Below are positions 11,863 to 21,992 of a stretch of DNA of 64,000 nt, in pieces (within the stretch, counting starts at the first letter, position 1; each line of letters begins with the position of its first letter). A program made the translations under genes and the position numbers. The notes under the pieces are model-generated. The model worked only from the letters and a program-made list of their open reading frames with translations, did no database searches and was not told where the DNA came from. The stretch lies in NCBI GenBank assembly GCA_963727485.1, contig CAVSGM010000001.1:274006-338005 (forward strand), in the 5' to 3' direction. Source of the DNA: an uncultured delta proteobacterium. GTDB lineage: Bacteria > Myxococcota > Myxococcia > SLRQ01.

Positions 11863-12696
11863 ATGGCGCGCAAGTCCAACAAGCGGCGGACGGATCCCAC
11901 GGTGGCCCGCGACAAGGTGCGCGGGGCGGCGCGGAGCGCGTTCGGCTTCGTGGCCCGGCTCCTCGGGGCGGCGGTGGTGGTCGCCGGCACCTTCGCCGCG
12001 GTCATCGCCACCTACCTGTGGATGACCACCTCCTCGCGTTTCGCGGTGCGCGAGGTGGACATCGCCGGCAACCACCACGCCACCCTCGCCGAGCTGGCGC
12101 CCCTGACCGGCCTGGCCCAGGGCACCAACCTGTTCCTGGTCAACGCCGACGAGGTCGCCGCCCGCCTCGAGTCCCACCCCTGGGTGCGCACCGCGGTGGT
12201 GCGCCGGGTCTTCCCCTCCACGGTGCAGGTCACGGTGGACGAGCACCACGCGGTGGCCCTGGTGGCCCTCGGGGGCCTCTACCTCGCCGACGCCGAGGGG
12301 CAGGTGTTCAAGCGCGCCGTCCCCGGCGACCCCATGGGGCTCCCGGTGATCACCGGCCTGAAGCGGGGCGAGGGCGAGGCCGGACGGGCCGCCCTCGAGG
12401 CCGGGGTGCGCCAGGCGCTCACGGTGGCCCGCGACTGGCGCCACTCGCCCATGGCCAAGGTGGCCCGGCTCTCGGAGATCCACCTCGATCCCCTCGCCGG
12501 CGTGAGCCTCACCGCCGCCGGCGACGCGGGGGACGGCAAGCCGATGGTGGTGCACCTCGGCCACCACGATCTCGTGCGGCGGCTTCTGCGACTGCACCAG
12601 CTCTGGACCACCCTGTCGGCGCGCGGGCAGCGCCCCCAGGAGGTCTTTCTCGACAACCACACGCGACCACAGTGGGTGGTGGCGCGGGTGGACTGA
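11863..12696 (+). CDS. ftsQ: Cell division protein FtsQ
   Basis: 277 aa from ATG 11863. Basic N-terminus, single TM (AAVVVAGTFAAVIATYLW), POTRA-like domain. Position between ddl and ftsA. Confidence 0.85.
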   Translation: MARKSNKRRTDPTVARDKVRGAARSAFGFVARLLGAAVVVAGTFAAVIATYLWMTTSSRFAVREVDIAGNHHATLAELAPLTGLAQGTNLFLVNADEVAARLESHPWVRTAVVRRVFPSTVQVTVDEHHAVALVALGGLYLADAEGQVFKRAVPGDPMGLPVITGLKRGEGEAGRAALEAGVRQALTVARDWRHSPMAKVARLSEIHLDPLAGVSLTAAGDAGDGKPMVVHLGHHDLVRRLLRLHQLWTTLSARGQRPQEVFLDNHTRPQWVVARVD

Positions 12697-12781
12697 ACGC
12701 GGCATCCACGAAGGACCGGACACGGGTGAGAGCCCGGGCGACAGGGGAGACCCGAGCCAACGTCACGGTCGAGGAGGGACA

Positions 12782-14013
12782 ATGGCAAAGCGAGGCGAGC
12801 TGATCGTCGGACTCGACATCGGGACCACCAAGATCTGCGCGATCGTCGGTGAGGTCACCGAGACCGGGTCCATCGACATCATCGGAATCGGCACCCACCC
12901 GTCCAAGGGGCTGCGCAAGGGCGTGGTGATCAACATCGAGTCCACGGTGGACTCCATCAAGAAGGCCATCGAGGAGGCCGAGCTCATGGCCGGCTGCGAG
13001 ATCAGCACGGTCTACGCCGGCATCGCCGGGGGGCACATCAAGGGGATTCAACAGCCACGGCGTCGTGGCGGTGAAGGACAAGGAGGTCACCAAGACCGAC
13101 GTGGACCGGGTGATCGACGCGGCCAAGGCCATCGCCATCCCCATGGACCGCGAGGTGATCCACATCCTCCCCCAGGAGTTCATCGTCGACGACCAGGACG
13201 GGATCCGCGAGCCCCTCGGGATGAGCGGGGTCCGCCTCGAGGCCCAGGTGCACATCGTCACCGGCGCGGTCACGTAGCGCCCAGAACATCATCAAGTGCG
13301 CCAACCGCTGCGGCCTCAACGTCGCCGACATCGTCCTGGAGCAGCTGGCCAGCTCCGAGGCGGTGCTCACCGACGACGAGAAGGAGCTGGGGGTGGCCCT
13401 GGTGGACATCGGCGGCGGCACCACCGACATCGCCATCTTCTCCGAGGGGGCCATCGTCCACACCAGCGTCCTGGCGGTGGGCGGCAACCACCTCACCAAC
13501 GACATCGCGGTGGGGCTGCGCACGCCCACCCACGAGGCGGAGAAGATCAAGCAGAAGTACGGCTGCGCCATGAGCGCCATGGTCGACCGCGAGGAGACCA
13601 TCGAGGTCCCCAGCGTCGGCGGCCGGCCGCCCCGGGTGCTCTCCCGGCAGATCCTCTGCGAGATCATCGAGCCCCGGGTGGAAGAGATGTTCATGCTGGT
13701 GCAGCGCGAGCTCCAGAAGTCGGGCTACGAGGACCTGCTGGCCAGCGGGGTGGTCATCACCGGCGGCTCCACGCTGCTGGAGGGGATGCCCGAGCTCGCC
13801 GAGGACGTGCTGGGCCTGCCGGTGCGGCGCGGGCTGCCCCGGGGAATCGGCGGGCTGGTCGATGTGGTCAGGAGCCCGATGTACGCCACCGGCGTGGGCC
13901 TGGTGCTCTACGGCAGCCAGAACACCGACGCCAAGCACTTCCGGGTGCGCGACGAGAACGTCTACGGGAAGGTCCGGGGCCGGATGAAGTCGTGGCTGGC
14001 GGATCTCTTCTAG
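12782..14013 (+). CDS. ftsA: Cell division protein FtsA; frame broken by two apparent +1 single-base insertions (about 13046 and 13275)
   Basis: Three consecutive pieces in frames 2, 0 and 1 together form a complete FtsA. Piece 1: MAKRGELIVGLDIGTTKICAIVGE...IAGGHIKG. Piece 2: FNSHGVVAVKDKEVT...VHIVTGAVT. Piece 3: SAQNIIKCANRCGLNV...VDIGGGTTDIAIFSEG... to KSWLADLF. Removing a from gggAttcaac and t from acgTagcgcc restores a contiguous ~409-aa actin-like ATPase. Confidence 0.88.
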
Positions 14014-14097
14014 GAACCAAGGCAGTGGACTCCACCCCGAGAGGGGCGAAGCGGACGCGAGAGCGGATGACGCGACGGAGAACGTGAGGAGGCAGAC

Positions 14098-15387
<1,290 letters not shown>

Positions 15388-15402
15388 CCTCGGGACGCGC
15401 GT

Positions 15403-15424
15403 CTTCCCGCCGGCGTCTGCCTCC
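15403..15424 (+). terminator. GC-rich stem-loop immediately downstream of ftsZ (GCCGGCG-N8-CGCCGGC); possible intrinsic terminator
   Basis: 7-bp perfect inverted repeat 16 nt after the ftsZ stop. No U-tract, which is common in high-GC genomes. Confidence 0.3.
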
Positions 15425-15485
15425 GCCGGCCGGGGAGGCGTGCGTCGCCTTGACCCCCCTCCGCCCGAGAGACTAGGAAGCCCCG

Positions 15486-16217
15486 ATGCCCACCCGCGAC
15501 CTCAACTGGCGAATCCACGAGAAGAGCGCCGACCAGACCCGGATCCTCGACGGGATCCTGGCCCGGCTGGAGGACGCCGGCGACACCCCGGTGGCCACCT
15601 TCGACCTCGACTCCACCCTCTTCGACAACCGCACCCGGCAGCTCGCCATCCTCACCGAGTTCGCCGAGCGCGCGGGCCTCGAGGGGGTGGGGCGCCTGAC
15701 GCCCGAGGAGATCGACGGGTGGCTGGTGGCCGACGCCATCGCGCGCCTCGACGGGGTCGACGGCCGCCTCGACGCCCTGAAGGCCGAGTTCAAGGCCTTC
15801 TGGCGCACCCGCTTCTTCACCAGCGAGATGTGCCGCCACGACGTGCCGCTCCCCGGCGCCGCCGACTTCGTGAACGACGTCGCCGGGGTGGGCACCCAGG
15901 TCATCTACCTCACCGGTCGCCACGAGCCCATGCGCGCCGGCAGCGCCGAGAGCCTGAAGGCCGGCGGCTTCCCCGAGGGGCGCCTGATCATGAAGCCCAC
16001 CCTGGAGATGACCGACACCGCGTTCAAGGAGCTGGCGGTCGGCGAGATCCGCCCCCTGGGCCCGGTGCTCGCCTGCTTCGACAACGAGACCACGCATGTG
16101 AACCGCCTCCGGGCGGCCTTCCCCGACGCCACGGTGGTCTGGATCCAGACCGACCACTCCCCGGAGGCGGAGCCGGTGGCCGACGGCGTGCCGGCGATCC
16201 ACGGGTTCCTGCGCTAG
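15486..16217 (+). CDS. HAD-superfamily hydrolase (phosphatase-like)
   Basis: 243 aa. HAD motif I FDLDSTLFDN (DxDxT), later conserved K and DD-type motifs. SD-like AGGAAG 8 nt upstream of the ATG. Confidence 0.75.
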   Translation: MPTRDLNWRIHEKSADQTRILDGILARLEDAGDTPVATFDLDSTLFDNRTRQLAILTEFAERAGLEGVGRLTPEEIDGWLVADAIARLDGVDGRLDALKAEFKAFWRTRFFTSEMCRHDVPLPGAADFVNDVAGVGTQVIYLTGRHEPMRAGSAESLKAGGFPEGRLIMKPTLEMTDTAFKELAVGEIRPLGPVLACFDNETTHVNRLRAAFPDATVVWIQTDHSPEAEPVADGVPAIHGFLR

Positions 16218-16248
16218 GCCGGGGCCCGCGCGTCCTCGAGGCGCCGCT

Positions 16249-16734
16249 TCATCGCCCTCGCGCGCGCCGGTGCTGCGGGAACTCGAAGTGGACGAGGGGG
16301 TGCCGGATCACCAGGCGCCCGGCCTCCCGCGTCCGGGCCGGGCGGGTGTCGCAGATTGTCGCGCCCAGGAGGCGATCCAGGCGCCGGTGACCCAAGGGCG
16401 TCAGCGCCAGGGCCAGGGTGCCGGCGACGGTGAGGGCGCCGACGGTCGCGAGGATCCCCCGGACGACTGGCCAGGCCCGCCGGCGCCGGGGCACCGGCGC
16501 GACCGCCTGCACCCCGTCGAGGAAGGCGAAGGGATCCTCGTCGGGACCGAGGCGCGGGCGGTGGCGGGCCGCGCGGCCGGCGGTGAGGGCGGCGCCAAGG
16601 GCGAGGGTGGCGAGGCCGAGGTCCCAGGGGGCGGGGAGCCAGGGGAAGCCGGCGACCCGGCCCACGAGGAGGCCGGCGGTGGCGAAGCTGGCGACGGCGG
16701 AGAGCTGCAGGGGCAGGCGGGGATCGCGGGTCAT
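16249..16734 (-). CDS. Hypothetical membrane protein (2-3 TM), probably co-transcribed downstream of the 16749..17387 gene
   Basis: 161-aa ORF from ATG 16734, found by hand inside the longer track ORF 16249..16980. Almost exclusively G/C at third codon positions, two hydrophobic helices. It lies 14 nt after the upstream gene's stop, and the opposite-strand ORF is G/E-rich junk. Confidence 0.45.
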   Translation of the reverse strand: MTRDPRLPLQLSAVASFATAGLLVGRVAGFPWLPAPWDLGLATLALGAALTAGRAARHRPRLGPDEDPFAFLDGVQAVAPVPRRRRAWPVVRGILATVGALTVAGTLALALTPLGHRRLDRLLGATICDTRPARTREAGRLVIRHPLVHFEFPQHRRARGR

Positions 16735-16748
16735 GGTGGCCTCTCGGG

Positions 16749-17387
16749 TCACAGGCAGGCCTCGGCGGTGTCGCTGCAGGAAGGGAAGCTGCTGCCGAAC
16801 ATTGCCCGGACGTTGTCGCCGAACGCCGAGATCAGGAAGGCGATCAGGGCCAGGATCGCCACCCCCTTCAGCACTCGGCCGGCCAGCCAGTGGGCGCCCC
16901 AGCGGCCCTGGCCCAGCGACCATCCCCGTCGCCCCAGGTACATCCCGGCACCGCCGGCAGCGGCCGCGATGGCGACCCACGGGGAGAGGACGGCGGCGGC
17001 GAGGTCCATGGCGTCATGCCAGGTGGCGGCAAAGGCCGCGCCGCCGACGAGGCCGTAGAGGGCCAGGCCGCCTACGGCGCCGGCGATGAGGGCCCAGAGG
17101 AGGAACGCGCCCCGGGCGCCGGCGAGGTGGCGGCGGGCGGCGCAGCGCAGCCGCCAGGCCCCCAGGCGCCGGGCACGGAAGAGGCCGTCGGTGAGGCGCC
17201 GGCGCCACCTGCGGCTCCGGGTCCAGGCGAGGTAGCCACCGGCGCCGGCGAGGGCGACGCCGAGGCCGACGCTGAGCACCTCGCCCGAGCCGTGCCCGCC
17301 CAACACGACGTCGGGCTTCAGGGCGACGCCGGCGACCACCCCGGCGATCAGGGAGGCGACGGGCATCTTGAGTGAACCGACGGTCAT
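16749..17387 (-). CDS. Small polytopic membrane protein of unknown function, family member P1 (C-terminal motif FGSSFPSCSDTAEAC)
   Basis: About 213 aa from ATG 17387 (alternative ATG at 17366). 4-5 TM helices, Arg-rich cytoplasmic loop LFRARRLGAWRLRCAARRHL. A clear paralog of the C-terminal half of ORF 17601..19043. Confidence 0.6.
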   Translation of the reverse strand: MTVGSLKMPVASLIAGVVAGVALKPDVVLGGHGSGEVLSVGLGVALAGAGGYLAWTRSRRWRRRLTDGLFRARRLGAWRLRCAARRHLAGARGAFLLWALIAGAVGGLALYGLVGGAAFAATWHDAMDLAAAVLSPWVAIAAAAGGAGMYLGRRGWSLGQGRWGAHWLAGRVLKGVAILALIAFLISAFGDNVRAMFGSSFPSCSDTAEACL

Positions 17388-17518
17388 CGGGAGGTGCCTC
17401 CCACGGCGAGGGCCGGGACCGGGCGACCGGGCTCGGGCGCGGTCAGAAGGACCGTCGGGCGAGGGGTGCGGGTGGCGTTCGACATGACCCGAGCATGACG
17501 CGCCCGGCCGCCCTCGAA

Positions 17519-17546
17519 AATCGGCCAGACGTCCGTCGGACGAACG
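17519..17546. promoter_or_regulatory. Conserved motif site A: AATCGGCCAGACGTCCGTCGGACGAACG containing the perfect palindrome CGTCCG-T-CGGACG
   Basis: Located in the 213-bp intergenic region upstream (coding-strand sense) of the 16749..17387 gene. Near-identical copy at 21192..21219 and a diverged copy at 21965..21992, each upstream of a minus-strand gene of the same family. Confidence 0.5.
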
Positions 17547-17600
17547 TTCGTCGGTCGGTTGACGTACCCGCTCCCGCACCGACCGCCACGGGGCCCGCCG

Positions 17601-19043
17601 TCACTGCGTGCCGCCGTGGAGGCGGGCGAAGGTCTCGAGGTTGAGGTGGCCGTCGAGGCGCTGGGACCGCGAGCGCGCGGCGTCCTGCTCCGCCTCGTAC
17701 ATCGCCTGACCCAGCTGGCAGCTCGGATGGGCGCCGAAGAGCTCGCGCAGGCGTGGACCGATCACCATCGCGGTCGCCTGGGTCGCCAGGGCGAGCACGG
17801 TCACCGCGCCGACCGCCGCGAGGCAACCGCGGACCAGGGGCCAGACCCGGCGCGGCCGCGCGGCCCGCCGGAGTCGGCGCCGCTCGCGGGCGCAGCGGTG
17901 GTTCCAGGCGGCAAGGCGTCGGGCGCGGTAGAGCGCGTCGAGGCCCCGGCGGCGCAGGCGCCGTGTCCCGGCCCAGAGGGCGGCGGCCGCCACCCCCGCC
18001 AGGAGCGCCGCCAGGTACGCCGGCGCCAGGGCGAAGCCCGCGACCATCCCCACGACCAGGGCGGCGCCGGCGCGCTTCGCCGCCGGGGCCCGGGCGTCGG
18101 TGGCCTGGAGGGGGACGGGCGGGGTGCGCTGGGGGGCAGCTCTCATGGTGGCGCTCCGGCAGGGGTGGGGGCGACGAGCTTCAGGGTCCCCGGCCGGGCC
18201 CGGGACCGGGGCGGGGTGGGCGGCGGGTCGGTGTCGAGGCGCAGGCACCGGGCGCCGTCGGTGCAGGGGCGATTCGAGCTCGGCCCCGCCGGCGTTCGAG
18301 GCCAGAGGTGAGCACGCGAGGTGCGCCCCGGGCTCCATCCCCCCGTGGCTCAGTTCGAGCTTGCAGAGCCGGGGGTGATGGCCCAGCCCGGCGACGAGCC
18401 CGGTCTGGGCGTCGAATCGCCAGAGGTCGGCCTGGGCGTCGGCGTCGTTGGTGTAGGGCGAAAGGTCGACGCGCCCGTGGGGGCGGTAGGCGACCGTCTC
18501 GGAGACCAGGAGCCGGGTGGCGACGCCCTTGGCCCGAAAGGGGCCCACGGTGACCCGGACCTCGTGCCTCGGGGCGCGGTACCCGACCACCTGGCACCGC
18601 TCGTCGAGGCGCACCGGGTGGCCGGGGAAGGCGGCGCGGACCCGGGCGAGGGCGTCGTGGTCCCAGTGCCAGGCGAGGAGGCCGAAGGGTCCGCAGGGCA
18701 GGCGCACGGGCCCGCTGTCGGTGCCGTGGTCGATGTGGCGCCAGGTGCGGTAGCTCGCGTCCGCGCTCCCGGCCACCAGGAGCCCGAAGCACACGGCGAC
18801 GAAGGTCAGGGTGCGACGGCCGCGCCGCCCGGCCCGGTGGCCCCGCCAGGTCCAGGCCAGCACGCCGCCGGCCACCAGCTCCAGGATCGCCAGCGTCGTG
18901 CCGTAGGCGCCGTCGAGGTGACGGTAGGCGGCCCAGGGGAGGACCAGGAGCACCGCCGCGGAGACGAGGGCGATGGCCCCGCCCAGGACGAAGGCGAAGG
19001 TCCCGAGGGAGTTCGGGGGATCGGTGCGGGGTGCGGTTTCCAT
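17601..19043 (-). CDS. Membrane protein of unknown function. N-terminal half (P3) has 3 TM plus one copy of the ARVRAAFPG repeat module. C-terminal half (P2) is a paralog of the 16749..17387 protein. Possibly two genes fused by a lost stop.
   Basis: Continuous ORF. The N-terminal part (METAPRT...) has 3 TM then ...ALARVRAAFPGHPVRLDERC... The C-terminal about 190 aa share LYRARRLAAWNHRCARERRRL and FGAHPSCQLGQA with P1. ATG 19043 chosen (GGAG 8 nt upstream). The longer track ORF start at 19097 would overlap the upstream gene. Confidence 0.5.
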   Translation of the reverse strand: METAPRTDPPNSLGTFAFVLGGAIALVSAAVLLVLPWAAYRHLDGAYGTTLAILELVAGGVLAWTWRGHRAGRRGRRTLTFVAVCFGLLVAGSADASYRTWRHIDHGTDSGPVRLPCGPFGLLAWHWDHDALARVRAAFPGHPVRLDERCQVVGYRAPRHEVRVTVGPFRAKGVATRLLVSETVAYRPHGRVDLSPYTNDADAQADLWRFDAQTGLVAGLGHHPRLCKLELSHGGMEPGAHLACSPLASNAGGAELESPLHRRRPVPAPRHRPAAHPAPVPGPAGDPEARRPHPCRSATMRAAPQRTPPVPLQATDARAPAAKRAGAALVVGMVAGFALAPAYLAALLAGVAAAALWAGTRRLRRRGLDALYRARRLAAWNHRCARERRRLRRAARPRRVWPLVRGCLAAVGAVTVLALATQATAMVIGPRLRELFGAHPSCQLGQAMYEAEQDAARSRSQRLDGHLNLETFARLHGGTQ

Positions 19044-19071
19044 GGGGTCTCCGGTGGACGGCGCGGTGGGT

Positions 19072-21156
19072 TCAGCCTCCCGAGGCCGGGGTGGCACCCG
19101 GGAGGCCCGGGACGCGGAGCTTGGCGCAGGGCTTGGGCACCTCGGGCATCTTGTCGCCGCTCGCCTCGACGACCGCCGCGTCGATGGGACAGCGGTTCTT
19201 CACCATCACGTCCGGGCGCATCAGGGTCACCCCGGCCTCCGCCACCCGCCGGGGCTCGCAGTACACCGCGGCGAAGGCCGGGGCGTTGGCGATGCCGGCG
19301 CTGTTGAGCACGCAGAGGCGCGGACCCTTCGCCGGCCGGGGACGGAAGCGGTGGCTCCGGTCGACCCGGCGCGCCAGGGCCCGGGCCGCCGCGAGGGTCG
19401 AGAGCGGCGAGAGGGAGACCCGGGGTGCCGAGAGGCTGCCCTCTACCACCACGTCCACGGTGAGGACGAGGTCGGTGCGCCCGTGGTGGAAGCGGCCGAC
19501 CTCGGCCCAGAGCCGTCGGGTGGTGCCCTGGGCCCGGCAGCCTTCGGTGAGGGCCACCATCTTGCCGGGGAAGGCGGCCCGCACCCGCGCCAGGGCCAGG
19601 CGGCGCCAGGCGTCGGTGTCGGGGCCGCAGCGGGAGTCCAGGGAGCCGAGGGGGCCGGGGTCGTCCCGGGCGGAGGCAGAGCGGGGCGGGGGCGCCGGGT
19701 GCCGGGGCACCTCGGGGACGCCCCGGCCGGAGATGGTGACGCAGTTCCACCCGCCGATGCGGCACGCCCGGCCGGCGTCGAGGGTCTGCTGGTGGAAGAC
19801 GTCGAGGTCGACGTCCTTCCACAGGAGCAGCGCGGTGCCCACCTGCCCCGCCTCGGCGGGGACACACCGGGCGGTCCAGCTCCCGATCCCGTCGGGGGTG
19901 CCGGGTCGCGACGGGTCGTCGCCGGGCTCCACCACGCACAGGTGCGCGGCGCCGCTCCGGGCGTCGAGGGCCCGGAGCACCTGGCGGGCGGCGCCGAGGT
20001 CGGCGAAGGGCCGGATGTGGACCTGGGTCTCGCGCCCGTGGCCGGTGACCGAGACGTGGAGATCGAGGATGAAGCTCGAGCCCACGCCCCGGGCGGTGAC
20101 CCGGCCGGCGCGGATCCAGAAGATGCCCGCCGGTGGGTGGTCGATGGCGTCGTCCTGGTCGGGCACGGTGCGGCGTACCGTCAGGCCGGGAAAGGCGGCG
20201 CGGGTCCGGGCGAGGGCGAGGCGTGCGGCCTTGGGCCCCTGGCGAAGCGCGGGCTTCGGAGGCGGGATCGCGGCCGGCGCGGAGGGGCGGGTGAACTCGG
20301 AGAGGCTCCGGTGGTGCACGAGCGGCATGGTGAGGCAGGGCGAGCCGACGGTGAAGCCGCAGTCGCCCACGTCGAGGGCGTGGCCGAAGAGGAACCCGGT
20401 GCCGGCGTCGGAGGTCAGGTTGCAGCCGATCTCCTCCGTGCCCGCGTCGGTGAGGCAGTCCACGTGCCTGTCCCCGAAGGCGAGGCGGACCCGGTCGCTC
20501 CGGGCGAGCCGGCGCAGGGCCTTCCGGGCCGCGGCGAGGTCGGCGTAGGGCGCCAGCGGCCGCGGCGTCCCCTCATCGTCGACCGGGGCGCTGGCCTGGA
20601 CGTAGAGGCGGACGTGGAGCCCGGGGACCACCACCGGGCCGACCTTGTAGCCGAGGTCCCAGTGGTCGTCGTCGTAGAGGGGACGGTCGTCGGTCTCCAT
20701 CTGCAGGCCCGGGAAGGCGGCCCGGATCCGGGCCCGCACCGCCGGGAGCGCCTCGCAGGGCTCGGTGTCGCCGTCGCAGGACGGACCGGCGAAGGTCTTC
20801 AGGCGGCGGTGCTCGTCCACGCCGGGCGCCAGCTTCACGGGGAGGCGCGGGGAGCCATCGTCGCTCGGCCAGTCCCCGTGGAACCAGGTGGCCCCGTCCA
20901 CGAGGAGGAACCCGCCGACCGTCAGGCCCAGGGCCAGCGCGGTCCAGCCCAGCCCCCGGAGCACCGACCACCAGGGGCTGAAGGGGTTGGGGGCGACGAG
21001 GAAGGCGGCCAGGAAGGTGAGTGCGCCAATCGCCAGGGTCCAGATCCCGGCGAGCACCGGCCAACCCAGGGCGCTCCCGGCGAGCCAGCCGACGAGGACG
21101 CTCGCCCCGAGCACGCGGAGGAGAAAGGCGAGGCGTCGGCGGAGGGGGGTGTTCAT
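19072..21156 (-). CDS. Large membrane-anchored protein of unknown function (P4): 3 N-terminal TM helices plus three tandem ~90-aa repeat modules (A-x-A-R-x-R-A-A-F-P-G ... A-D-L-x-A-A-R-x-x-L-R-x-L)
   Basis: 695 aa from ATG 21156 (MNTPLRRRLAFLL...). Internal repeats beginning AVRARIRAAFPGL, ALARTRAAFPGL and ALARVRAAFPGK. Cys motif FAGPSCDGDTEPCEAL resembles the C-termini of P1/P2. The opposite-strand 852-aa ORF is G/E/R-rich junk. Confidence 0.6.
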   Translation of the reverse strand: MNTPLRRRLAFLLRVLGASVLVGWLAGSALGWPVLAGIWTLAIGALTFLAAFLVAPNPFSPWWSVLRGLGWTALALGLTVGGFLLVDGATWFHGDWPSDDGSPRLPVKLAPGVDEHRRLKTFAGPSCDGDTEPCEALPAVRARIRAAFPGLQMETDDRPLYDDDHWDLGYKVGPVVVPGLHVRLYVQASAPVDDEGTPRPLAPYADLAAARKALRRLARSDRVRLAFGDRHVDCLTDAGTEEIGCNLTSDAGTGFLFGHALDVGDCGFTVGSPCLTMPLVHHRSLSEFTRPSAPAAIPPPKPALRQGPKAARLALARTRAAFPGLTVRRTVPDQDDAIDHPPAGIFWIRAGRVTARGVGSSFILDLHVSVTGHGRETQVHIRPFADLGAARQVLRALDARSGAAHLCVVEPGDDPSRPGTPDGIGSWTARCVPAEAGQVGTALLLWKDVDLDVFHQQTLDAGRACRIGGWNCVTISGRGVPEVPRHPAPPPRSASARDDPGPLGSLDSRCGPDTDAWRRLALARVRAAFPGKMVALTEGCRAQGTTRRLWAEVGRFHHGRTDLVLTVDVVVEGSLSAPRVSLSPLSTLAAARALARRVDRSHRFRPRPAKGPRLCVLNSAGIANAPAFAAVYCEPRRVAEAGVTLMRPDVMVKNRCPIDAAVVEASGDKMPEVPKPCAKLRVPGLPGATPASGG

Positions 21157-21191
21157 GGTCCCCAAGCTTCCGGCGTCGGTCGCCACGCGAC

Positions 21192-21219
21192 AATCGGCCG
21201 ACCGTCCGTCGGACGAATG
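21192..21219. promoter_or_regulatory. Conserved motif site B: AATCGGCCGACCGTCCGTCGGACGAATG (palindrome CGTCCG-T-CGGACG), 36-63 nt upstream of the P4 start codon
   Basis: 25/28 identical to site A. Followed by a partial third repeat, GACAATCGTCCG. Confidence 0.5.
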
Positions 21220-21527
21220 ACCGTTGGACAATCGTCCGATGCGTCGTCGTGCCATCTGGCAGTCCGTCAAAGTGCCATACGGCAGACTGGCGTCAGCGCG
21301 GGCCCACCCCGTTCAGGGGGGCGCAGCCGAGCCACCACCCGGGCACCACGGGGACCCGGCTCACCCGGAGCCGCACCACCCGGTCGCCGCCGCCAGCGCC
21401 ACAACGAGCCCCAGGTCCACGACCAGGATCCACTGGTGCACCCGGAGGCCCACGACCACAGCCCCGCGGAGAGGAGGGCCAGGAGCGCCGTGGTGGCGGC
21501 CAGGAGGGCGGTGCGCACCGGGCCTGC

Positions 21528-21932
21528 CTAGGGTCCGTCGCGCCCGGCGCGGAAGTAGCGCTCGATGGCCGAGGGCTTGTCGGCGCCGGGGCCGGTGTAG
21601 CGCTGGAGCTTCGGGCCCGCCGGCGCCGGCCTGGCCGCGGGCGCGTCGGGGTCATAGGCCTTGAGCGTCCGGTGGTCCGGTTTCGAGGCCGGCGGGGGCG
21701 CGCCGACCGGTGCCGGCCGGGACGGCTCCACCCCCGAGAAATCCGCGGTGCGGGCGCCGAAGAGCCGGCGGATCTGGGGGGCGAAGAGCACCATCCCGGC
21801 CCACAGCACCAGGACCAGGATGCCGACGGCGGCGAGGGCCTCGCGCCAGAGGCGGCGGCGGCGCGGGGCGGGCGTGGGGGGCGCCGGGGTCGCGGCGGGA
21901 TCGGGCGGGGGGATAGCGGGGCCGGGGGACAT
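21528..21932 (-). CDS. Small Pro-rich single-TM protein of unknown function (P5)
   Basis: 134 aa. Pro/Ala-rich N-terminus, one TM (ALAAVGILVLVLWAGMVLFA), then QIRRLFGARTADF resembling the R-x-(L/M)-F-G motif that precedes the Cys motif in P1/P2. Preceded by motif site C. Confidence 0.45.
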   Translation of the reverse strand: MSPGPAIPPPDPAATPAPPTPAPRRRRLWREALAAVGILVLVLWAGMVLFAPQIRRLFGARTADFSGVEPSRPAPVGAPPPASKPDHRTLKAYDPDAPAARPAPAGPKLQRYTGPGADKPSAIERYFRAGRDGP

Positions 21933-21964
21933 GGCCCGACCCTGCCGGATCCGGAAATCCCCGG

Positions 21965-21992
21965 CAATCGGTCACCCGACCGTCGGGCGATC
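21965..21992. promoter_or_regulatory. Diverged motif site C: CAATCGGTCACCCGACCGTCGGGCGATC upstream of the 21528..21932 gene
   Basis: Shares AATCGG(C/T)C and the CG(A/T)CCGTCGG(A/G)CGA core with sites A and B. Confidence 0.35.

Noticed and set aside
21267-21518. 83-aa minus-strand ORF (GTG start) with a hydrophobic N-terminus and a Trp-rich stretch (SWSWTWGSLWRW) between P5 and the P4 promoter
   Set aside because: The first third has coding-like G/C third positions, but the remainder has many A/T third positions and no conservation signal I can assess. Could be a real small protein, but evidence is too weak to list as a feature.
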